Of a stretch of DNA of 64,000 bases, positions 8,289-16,053 are shown one piece after another. The notes under the pieces are model-generated. The model was not told the DNA's origin. It made no database searches and saw nothing but the letters and a program-made list of their open reading frames with translations. The stretch lies in the NCBI GenBank assembly GCA_021736185.1, contig JAIPGJ010000001.1, positions 141 through 64,140 of the forward strand, written 5' to 3'. Numbering within the stretch: position 1 is the first letter of the stretch; every line of letters begins with the position of its first letter. The translations under genes and the position numbers were made by a program. Source of the stretch: Fidelibacterota bacterium (GTDB lineage: Bacteria; Fidelibacterota; UBA8477; JABMPR01).

Positions 8289-11200
8289 ATGAATTCAGTA
8301 AAAAGCGTTTTACTATCCATCCTGTTTGTCACTACCAATGTATTTGCCATTGCTCCTCCAAAACCTGGCATCCAGGTGAATGAGTTCTTTGCCCGGGACC
8401 AGGCGCGCTTTGCTGAATCATATGCAAGCTCAAGTCTGGCTCAACGCATGCAACAGCTGAAATCATCCAGTCTAAGAACAACCAGCCTGATCACCTTTCC
8501 TGTCATGCTAGGCCAATACTCAGATGCTAATCATCAATTCAGCCTTACTCAGTTGGATTCCATGCTCTTAGGTGATAATGCAACAGGATCGCTGATTGAT
8601 TATTATGCACAAGTCTCCTATGATCAACTAACCATCGAAGCCACGATGTATGCCTGGCAAACCTTGCCAGGCAATCAGGCATATTACGTTGGCAATGATA
8701 ATGGCGGTGAAGGTGAGGCTGCCAGATTTTGTTATGATTTGGCAGCAGCGAATGATGCCACCCTTGATTTTTCACAATATGATAATGATGGCCCCGATGG
8801 TGTTCCCAACTCTGGAGATGATGACGGTTATGTAGATGTAATGGTGGCCGTGCATTCAGGTGGTGGAGCTGAAACTGGAGATGACGACAACATCTGGTCG
8901 CACCGCTGGACTCTCAGTGGCGCACATTATTATTATCCTGATATGATGCCCTATAGTTACTATGAAACCAATGATGTCGCGGCCAACGGTGGTTTTATCA
9001 AAATAAATGACTATATGATCCAACCTGAACAATATGGCACCGGTTTGCCCAGTGATCCCATTATTGCCATTGGTGTGTATTGCCACGAACTTGGCCATGT
9101 CCTCGGTCTCCCCGATCTCTACGATACGGATGGTACATCAGCCGGTATTGGAAATTGGGGCGTCATGTCTGGTGGTTCATATGGTGGTGATGGAGCTCAT
9201 CCCGGGACACCAGCGCAAATGTGTGCCTGGTCCAAAGAATTTATGGGTTGGCTGGATCCAATTGTGGTTAGCGCTGATATCTTTTCCCAGGACATTCAGG
9301 CAGTTGAATTTAACGAGGAAGCCTATAAGATTCATATTACCGATGATGAATACTACCTCATTGAGAACCGCCAGCAAATTGGCTTTGACCAGTATTTATT
9401 CACTAGCGGAATATGCATCTGGCATGTGGATAATACTGTTCAGAAGAATACCAATGAATTCCATAAAAAGGTGGATCTGGAAGAGGCAGATGGGCTCACC
9501 CAAATGGATGACGATGTCAATCGTGGGGATGATGGGGATCTATTCCCGGGTTCAACCGTCAATCGTCGTTTTGGGTCAGACACGACACCCAATTCTACTG
9601 CCTATAGCGGCATGCCCTCCGGTTTTAACCTTGAAAATATTAGTAATTCGTCTGCGACCATGACTGGTGACTTCATATTTGATGATCCAGTTGAAGCTGG
9701 GGGAGACGTTGTCTTTGCTGAAAGTTTTGAGAGTGGAATGCTTCCCAACCATTGGGTTGCACTCGATGAGGATGGCGATGGAGAGAACTGGCACGTCCAG
9801 TCAGAGCCCTTCACCGACGAAGATATGGCTTATCTGGGAAACAGGGGTCTCAGATGTATGAGCAACAGCACAGCCAGCAATGACTGGCTCATTACCAGTC
9901 TGAGTAATTTGTCGCTCAGTGGCGATATCGCCTTCTCCTTCTTGGCCCGTTCACGATCAGATGCAAGCCCTGGGGACTTCAATGTGCTCCTGTCAACCAC
10001 GGGATCCGATCCTACTGATTTCACAGTGACATTAGCCAGTGTCAGCGCAGCTTCCCCCGACTGGACCTACTATGCCTATGATCTCTCAAGCTATGTTGGT
10101 CAGCCTATCTATCTGGCCATCCAGATGGTAACTGTAAATGGAGACTATCTCTACCTGGATGACTTTCACCTGATCACATCTGAGCCTGTACCTGATCCAA
10201 GCCTTACTCTCTCCAGTAATTCCCTCTCCATGGTATTGCCGCCAGGGGAAACCGGGGCACAGGATTTATCTGTCAGCAATGTAGGTGAGCTGGGTTCATT
10301 GCTGACATATGATGTGTCATGGGAATATGCTGCTCCAGCCATGGCACGGCTAAGATCCAGTGAGGTTCCAATCAGTTTGGGAACCCGATCGACCACGCGC
10401 ATAACCGAGCCTGAGCCTGCGCTGGAACCTGTCATGAATCCACTGGATAACCGCGAGCAGTTCACTATCAGCTATCATGGGAGTTCCGCCTATCTTTTTC
10501 ATCTACCAGACCAATACGGTGCTACGGAATTTGCGGTGAGATTCACCCCTGAGACGTATGTCAACATCCTGGAAGGACTCAGGATTGTGTTTAATGGTGT
10601 GGTAGGTATGCCTGATGCCACCATCCATGTCTATTCAGATAATGGATTCGGTTTCCCCGGGACCGAATTAGGTACTGTCATATTAAGCTATGCTGATATC
10701 ACGCCAGGTTACTGGCAGGTGGTCAATTTATCTTCACTTAATCTCTCTTTCGAGGCTGGGGAAGATTTCTTCATTTCCTATTCAGTCAATGGCGGAGTGT
10801 ATGGTAGCAGCGAAATCAAAGCCCTTGCAGATGCAGGAGGTATGGGTCTAAACCGCTCCCTTGAATTTGATGGGAGTAATTGGGGATACATGCAAAACGA
10901 TTGGGGCACCGACTATGAATTTCTCATGGAGGCCCAGGTTTACTATACAGATGAAGTAGCACCCACATGGTTGTCTGTTACGCCCACAGCAGGTGCAATC
11001 CAGCAGAATGAAACTGACGTGCTCACCGTTCAATACGATGCTACAGATCTGGTTGCTGGCACTTATCATGCGACCATAAGCCTCAATCATAATGCCTCTG
11101 CATCCACTGATGTGATTGATGTAAGCTTTGTGGTGGACCAGAATATGGTTATCACTGCGCTGACGCCCTCCCCGGGTAGTGTGACCACGGATGAAGGCCA

Positions 11201-13328
11201 ATCCATTCAGTTCCAAGTGGAAGCCCATGATCCAGATGGGCATGACCTGGCCTATTTATGGGAACTGGGCGAACAGACAGTCTCAACCACTACCTCCTAC
11301 CTATTTGAGCCAGGTTTTGATGCATCAGGTGATTATGCACTATCACTTCTGATCACAGATTCCTTTTCCGATAGGGATACAACTTTTACCTGGGATATAA
11401 CGGTTCAGAACGTCAATCAGGCTCCCTTACCTTTTGCTCTCCTGACACCATTGGAATTAGATACTGTTCACACTTTGACACCCCACTTCCTCTGGGTATC
11501 AGCTCAAGATCCAGATCCTGAGGATATAATTAGTTATCACTTGATCCTGGGACGCCCTGGTGCTCTTCTCGATACCATTGATGTGGGAACAGATACCAGT
11601 TTTATCGCCGCCACAGCGCTTCTGGACAATACCCACTATCAATGGGATGTGATTGCCTTGGACCCCGGCGGTCTTAGCCAGGAAACCAGCAGCGGCTTTC
11701 AAAACTTTGTCGTGAATGGGGTCAATGATGTTCCAACCGACTTCCAGCTTATTGCGCCGGTTGCTAATTTAATGGTGACCAGCTTAACACCGGAATTTTT
11801 GTGGTTTGCCTCTGCGGATCCCGATGATGGTCCTTTTCTGTCCATTCGCTCCCAAGGGCAAGAAGACCTACCTCAGGGGAATTCCGTTCGCTTTATCACA
11901 GGGTATGAACTGCAATATGGTCTGGAACCAGACTTGTCCGATGCCGTCTCCGTTGTGGTGCCAGACACAAACTTCACGCCTGAAACTGTTCTAATGGAAA
12001 ATCAGGATTATTATTGGACAGTTTCTGCCATGGATGATTCCAGCAGCATGACACCTGCAGATACGGCCCATTTCTGGACCAATAGTGTGAATGAGGCACC
12101 AGCCCAATTCCTAATGCTGGAACCGACAGGGATAAACCCACCTGAAATCACCACCCTAACACCCACGTTCAGGTGGAATTCTACTTCTGATCCTGATATT
12201 CATGATGCCATTATTTACCGACTCAGTCTTGGGCAATCAGCTTTGGATATGGTAGAAGTATACGCAGGCACTGACACCAGCTGGACATTGAGTACCGCCC
12301 TGCAAGATAATGCATTCTATTCCTGGCAAGTCTGGGCTGAAGATCCATCAGGTGAATTAACAGCAGGTACGAATAATAATACAGCGAACCCCGCAGACTT
12401 CATTGTCAATACCATGAATGATGCACCTGAACCAGCCACGCTCATTTATCCAGATTCTGCAATTGTTATCAGCAATACACCAACCTTTAGCTGGCTGGCG
12501 AGTTACGATCCTGATCCGGGTGAGATGTTGGAATATGAAATGCATTGGTGGTATACAGGAGGTGAGTGGGATTCCCTTATCACCACCGAGACCTCTGGGA
12601 CTGTAACCAGTCCACTCACCAGAGAAAATCTGCAGTATTTTTGGCAGGTTATCAGTATGGATGATCAGGATGGAATCGCCCAGTCCAGGGACGGTGTATT
12701 CTGGCTTGATACCCTTGCTGAACCCCCGGGTGAGTTTTCATTGATTGCCCCAGCTGATGGCAGCAGTGGTCTGGGTACACGACCGGAGCTGACTTGGGAA
12801 GCATCAATCGATCCTGATCCATTTGATACCATTCAATATATTGCCTATATCGCCACTGATTCGCTTATGGAAAATCAGATTGAGGAGATTGCGTTGACAA
12901 CTGAATCTTCTACGCCAGACCAGGATCTGCAAAATGACAGCCGCTACTACTGGCAAGTTGCTGCGATGGATGAAGATTCTCTGGTGACATTGTCAGAAAT
13001 CTGGAGTTTTGATGTTGGCTATGTGGCGGTGGATGGGATCAACCTTCCCCAGGAATTCAGTCTGGACCAGAATTATCCGAACCCCTTCAATCCTATGACC
13101 ACCATTAGATATGGAATACCCAACAGTTCAGATGTCAATTTGGTCATCTATGATCTGAGAGGTCGGGAAATCAGGCGCTGGTCTCAGATGGCGCAGAACT
13201 CAGGCTGGTACAACGTGGTTTGGGATGGTACTAGCCAGGATGGCGTGCTTGTCCCCACAGGCGTTTATCTTGCCAGATTTCAAACGGAGGGTTACTCTCA
13301 CATGATTAAAATGGTCTATTTAAGATAG
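8289..13328 (+). CDS. Secreted M6-family (InhA-like) zinc metalloprotease with FN3-like repeat modules and a T9SS C-terminal sorting domain
   Basis: Signal peptide. HELGHVLGLPDLYD zinc motif. At least six roughly 100-aa modules with TP.F.W.....DPD...I.Y.L signatures. Terminal NYPNPFNP...IYDLRGREI...WDG...GVYLARF...KMVYLR matches the T9SS type-A C-terminal domain. Confidence 0.9.
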   Translation: MNSVKSVLLSILFVTTNVFAIAPPKPGIQVNEFFARDQARFAESYASSSLAQRMQQLKSSSLRTTSLITFPVMLGQYSDANHQFSLTQLDSMLLGDNATGSLIDYYAQVSYDQLTIEATMYAWQTLPGNQAYYVGNDNGGEGEAARFCYDLAAANDATLDFSQYDNDGPDGVPNSGDDDGYVDVMVAVHSGGGAETGDDDNIWSHRWTLSGAHYYYPDMMPYSYYETNDVAANGGFIKINDYMIQPEQYGTGLPSDPIIAIGVYCHELGHVLGLPDLYDTDGTSAGIGNWGVMSGGSYGGDGAHPGTPAQMCAWSKEFMGWLDPIVVSADIFSQDIQAVEFNEEAYKIHITDDEYYLIENRQQIGFDQYLFTSGICIWHVDNTVQKNTNEFHKKVDLEEADGLTQMDDDVNRGDDGDLFPGSTVNRRFGSDTTPNSTAYSGMPSGFNLENISNSSATMTGDFIFDDPVEAGGDVVFAESFESGMLPNHWVALDEDGDGENWHVQSEPFTDEDMAYLGNRGLRCMSNSTASNDWLITSLSNLSLSGDIAFSFLARSRSDASPGDFNVLLSTTGSDPTDFTVTLASVSAASPDWTYYAYDLSSYVGQPIYLAIQMVTVNGDYLYLDDFHLITSEPVPDPSLTLSSNSLSMVLPPGETGAQDLSVSNVGELGSLLTYDVSWEYAAPAMARLRSSEVPISLGTRSTTRITEPEPALEPVMNPLDNREQFTISYHGSSAYLFHLPDQYGATEFAVRFTPETYVNILEGLRIVFNGVVGMPDATIHVYSDNGFGFPGTELGTVILSYADITPGYWQVVNLSSLNLSFEAGEDFFISYSVNGGVYGSSEIKALADAGGMGLNRSLEFDGSNWGYMQNDWGTDYEFLMEAQVYYTDEVAPTWLSVTPTAGAIQQNETDVLTVQYDATDLVAGTYHATISLNHNASASTDVIDVSFVVDQNMVITALTPSPGSVTTDEGQSIQFQVEAHDPDGHDLAYLWELGEQTVSTTTSYLFEPGFDASGDYALSLLITDSFSDRDTTFTWDITVQNVNQAPLPFALLTPLELDTVHTLTPHFLWVSAQDPDPEDIISYHLILGRPGALLDTIDVGTDTSFIAATALLDNTHYQWDVIALDPGGLSQETSSGFQNFVVNGVNDVPTDFQLIAPVANLMVTSLTPEFLWFASADPDDGPFLSIRSQGQEDLPQGNSVRFITGYELQYGLEPDLSDAVSVVVPDTNFTPETVLMENQDYYWTVSAMDDSSSMTPADTAHFWTNSVNEAPAQFLMLEPTGINPPEITTLTPTFRWNSTSDPDIHDAIIYRLSLGQSALDMVEVYAGTDTSWTLSTALQDNAFYSWQVWAEDPSGELTAGTNNNTANPADFIVNTMNDAPEPATLIYPDSAIVISNTPTFSWLASYDPDPGEMLEYEMHWWYTGGEWDSLITTETSGTVTSPLTRENLQYFWQVISMDDQDGIAQSRDGVFWLDTLAEPPGEFSLIAPADGSSGLGTRPELTWEASIDPDPFDTIQYIAYIATDSLMENQIEEIALTTESSTPDQDLQNDSRYYWQVAAMDEDSLVTLSEIWSFDVGYVAVDGINLPQEFSLDQNYPNPFNPMTTIRYGIPNSSDVNLVIYDLRGREIRRWSQMAQNSGWYNVVWDGTSQDGVLVPTGVYLARFQTEGYSHMIKMVYLR

Positions 13329-13356
13329 TCATAAACCCAAGCTCAAGAGTTGAACA

Positions 13357-13381
13357 CAGAAGCCCCATCCAGGGGCTTCTG
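13357..13381 (+). terminator. Terminator-like hairpin after the protease gene
   Basis: agaagcccc-atcca-ggggcttct, a perfect 9-bp stem. The T tract after it is weak. Confidence 0.4.
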
Positions 13382-13465
13382 CATTTAAACAAGAGTTGTT
13401 TTGTGAGTCTGTCCAATGATTATGTTATCGTGTGGTCTAAAATCATGTCCGAAAGGGATGGAAAC

Positions 13466-13870
13466 ATGCAAGCATTAGTCTGGAATAATCGTTTCAATGT
13501 TGGGATTCGAGAATTTGACCAACACCACAAGATTTTATTCGAAATGGTGAATTCGCTAATTATCGCCAAGGAAGAGAATAGTGGTCCTCAAGTCATTAAA
13601 AATTCACTTGAGCAGCTGCATATGTATACCATTTTCCATTTCACTGCCGAAGAAGCCATGATGAGACATTTTGAATTTGATGGCCTGGATGAGCATGTGG
13701 CTGAACATGAAGCGCTCCTCCAACAGGTGATCGACTATCAAGACAGAATTGCTGCCAATGATGGTGTGACCATAGATGAGATGCTTGAATTTCTTGCAGG
13801 ATGGTTAATAGATCACACCCTGGGCTTGGATCAGCTTTATGGCCCATTCCTCAGACATCGAGTTGAATAG
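13466..13870 (+). CDS. Bacteriohemerythrin
   Basis: WNNRFNVGI...FDQHH...HFTAEE..M..H.....H..EH hemerythrin HHE cation-binding pattern. The ORF track starts at 13403. MQALVW at 13466 is the typical hemerythrin N-terminus. Confidence 0.8.
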   Translation: MQALVWNNRFNVGIREFDQHHKILFEMVNSLIIAKEENSGPQVIKNSLEQLHMYTIFHFTAEEAMMRHFEFDGLDEHVAEHEALLQQVIDYQDRIAANDGVTIDEMLEFLAGWLIDHTLGLDQLYGPFLRHRVE

Positions 13871-13896
13871 CCTTGTTTTAACATAAGGTCTGAATC

Positions 13897-14097
13897 CTAG
13901 ATGGATTCATCATCCTGAAAAATTTCCTCAATCGATAATTCAAATAATCTGGATACTTTGAAAGCCAAGGGTAAACTGGGATCAAATTTTCCAGTTTCAA
14001 TGGCGTTAACAGTCTGTCTTGAAACCTCCAGGGCCTCGGCCAGTTGAGCCTGTGTCCAATCCCGCTCTGCGCGCAGTACCTTCAGTCGATTTTTCAT
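13897..14097 (-). CDS. XRE-family helix-turn-helix transcriptional regulator (YozG-like)
   Basis: 66 aa. LRAERDWTQAQLAEALEVSRQTVNAIETGKFDPSL is the canonical XRE HTH. Confidence 0.85.
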   Translation of the reverse strand: MKNRLKVLRAERDWTQAQLAEALEVSRQTVNAIETGKFDPSLPLAFKVSRLFELSIEEIFQDDESI

Positions 14098-14516
14098 CGA
14101 TAGCGCCTATTCCCGGTAAAAACACCAATAGCATAAGCAAGGGACATTAAAACGACCAGGTGTGAAATTTCTGGCTGAAAGCTTATGAGGTGTATGTCTT
14201 CTAATAGTTCATAGCTGAGTCCTGCCACAACTCCAACGCTCAGGGACAACGCAGTCGCCTCAAGTTGGATTTTTTGTTGCAGGTCATCAAGATCTCTCAA
14301 GTTCAGCTTATTGGCGTGTATCCAGCCAAGGCCTGCGGCAAGGTTCACCAGGAGCGCTAAAATGCTGGGTAAGGTTGCATAATCCCAGGCGAACTTGGGG
14401 CCAAATGCGGCAATTGCCAAGGTTATGACCCAGGCCGTTGTCCAGTATCCAAGACGGAGGGTATTCTTTTTTAATCGGGTTGTCCAGTTGCTGTTTTCTG
14501 TTGCTGGTGTATTCAT
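14094..14516 (-). CDS. Small four-TM membrane protein co-transcribed with the XRE regulator (DUF2975-like)
   Basis: Four predicted TM helices. Its stop overlaps the start of the HTH gene. This pairing is typical for the YozG/DUF2975 arrangement. Confidence 0.5.
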   Translation of the reverse strand: MNTPATENSNWTTRLKKNTLRLGYWTTAWVITLAIAAFGPKFAWDYATLPSILALLVNLAAGLGWIHANKLNLRDLDDLQQKIQLEATALSLSVGVVAGLSYELLEDIHLISFQPEISHLVVLMSLAYAIGVFTGNRRYR

Positions 14517-14621
14517 AAGTATGGTTCCTTTGTCATAATGTTAAGTGTGCTTGACTAATCTAGAGGTGAATATTCAAAAGTCAAGCATCCTTTACAAAAA
14601 GAATGGTGTGCTTGATATTAA

Positions 14622-15740
14622 TTGTTTAACCGGATGCCAGCAACAAGCCCATTAATTGATTACCACCTCAGCTATGTTATCATTAGCTTTCTATCCATGA
14701 GAATGCTTAAACGACTCCTCCTGTTTATCACTGCGCTAATTGCCTATGTCATTTTACGCGAAATGCTCAATTTTTATGTCCTGGCTCATACGGCAAGCCC
14801 CTATCTGGGATATCTTGTTTTAATAATCCTTATTTCTGTTTTATTCTATTTTGTGGTTATCCCGCTCTACCGAATTAGCAGACTCAGCGGTGATCCTGGA
14901 CCCGTTCGGAAAAAGCGAAAAGAAGCCGAGCTTATGGAAATGCGTCTCCAGCGCAGAGCGAGTAACAAGTTTCTGAAGGACCTGGGATATGTGATTCCAA
15001 GTTCAGGGACAACCCTTGAGCGTTATGAGCTTTCAACAAAGGAGCTGTCGCTACGCTGTGACGAGATCAGACGAAAATATGTTGTTCATTTATTTTACAG
15101 CAGTGCCGTATCCCAGTATGGCTTTATTGACGCGATTCTCATCTTTTCAGCCAACGTTAATCTGATCAAAGAAATTTTCACCCTCTACACAGGCCGCGCT
15201 TCGGGTAGAGATTTGTGGCACATCATGAAACAGATATACTATTCCATTGCCATTGGAGGGTCTGAAGGGGTGGAGTTTGCTGTGGAAGAACTGATCTCCA
15301 AGATGGGCTCGGATACCTTGAAAAGTATTCCCTTCTTTGACAAGGTCATGGCGTCCATTGCCAGCGGTTTTACCAATGCCGTTTTGTTGTCACGGATATC
15401 TTTGATTACAGAAAATTACTGCAGAATGACTTATATCGAATCGACCCGCGATCTCTCTCCTGATCCCAGACAAATTCTGTCTTCAACCAAATCTATTGTG
15501 CAGGAACCCATTCGTCATATTAAAGCGCAGCTGAATGATATCGCCAAACAAAAGGCCATCGATTTCTCTCGCTATGCCCTCAACCCAACCCGTACGGTGA
15601 TTGAAAAGGCCCTGGATAAATTCACTTCCAAATCTGAGGAGGAAAGTGAAGAGACTCAAGCAGTGAAAAGCAGTATTGCCATTGGTTTGAATCCATTGAG
15701 ATTATTCAGCTTCCGACGACTCCGTAAATCCAAAAAATAA
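14622..15740 (+). CDS. Hypothetical membrane protein (possibly DUF697/YcjF-like)
   Basis: Two N-terminal TM helices, a basic linker, a large cytoplasmic domain and a C-terminal basic tail. No diagnostic catalytic motif. Confidence 0.45.
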   Translation: MFNRMPATSPLIDYHLSYVIISFLSMRMLKRLLLFITALIAYVILREMLNFYVLAHTASPYLGYLVLIILISVLFYFVVIPLYRISRLSGDPGPVRKKRKEAELMEMRLQRRASNKFLKDLGYVIPSSGTTLERYELSTKELSLRCDEIRRKYVVHLFYSSAVSQYGFIDAILIFSANVNLIKEIFTLYTGRASGRDLWHIMKQIYYSIAIGGSEGVEFAVEELISKMGSDTLKSIPFFDKVMASIASGFTNAVLLSRISLITENYCRMTYIESTRDLSPDPRQILSSTKSIVQEPIRHIKAQLNDIAKQKAIDFSRYALNPTRTVIEKALDKFTSKSEEESEETQAVKSSIAIGLNPLRLFSFRRLRKSKK

Positions 15741-15974
15741 TCGCACACCATTTTTACAAAGAACGAAACGAGGTAAACGAATTATTATATAGTCATTCGT
15801 TCCTTTCGTTGTAAGAACTTGTTGTAATAGTTTCAGGCGGAGATTATTCATTTTGGTTTAGATTGGTATGGCTTGAATGGGCTGTTAATCAGACTGTGGG
15901 GAAGACAGATATCAGACAACTACCAGCTATAAATTGTTCACAAAAATGCGATTGCTGTTGCAGCTTGAAAATTT

Positions 15975-15991
15975 GTGACTATTATAGTCAC
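15975..15991. promoter_or_regulatory. Perfect palindrome GTGACTA-tta-TAGTCAC, candidate operator upstream of the PDH operon
   Basis: 7-bp inverted arms with a 3-bp spacer, about 75 nt upstream of the aceE start. It overlaps the only -35/-10-like hexamers in the region (TTGAAA, TAGTAT). Confidence 0.45.
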
Positions 15992-16053
15992 GTTAGTATG
16001 AGTTACTCTGAACTATTCTGCCAAATTTCTATCCTAAAAAATGCAATTATTTA

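Noticed and set aside
9034-9663. A 209-aa ORF, and many other ORFs of 60-170 aa, lying inside or antisense to large genes (for example 16698..17042, 21096..21629, 29240..29734, 44671..45222, 52781..53077).
   Set aside because: They overlap strongly supported CDSs in another frame or strand, lack a ribosome-binding site and any motif, and have low-complexity composition typical of shadow ORFs.
11400-12950. The periodic roughly 300-nt repetition inside the protease gene could be mistaken for a DNA-level repeat array or a CRISPR-like structure.
   Set aside because: The repeats are conserved only at the protein-motif level (TP.F.W...DPD). The nucleotide sequences are diverged, and there are no short identical direct repeats with unique spacers.
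13892-13908. Hairpin GAATCC-tagat-GGATTC between hemerythrin and the HTH gene, as a bidirectional terminator.
   Set aside because: Only a 6-bp stem, and no flanking T or A runs. It overlaps the HTH stop codon. Too weak to call.
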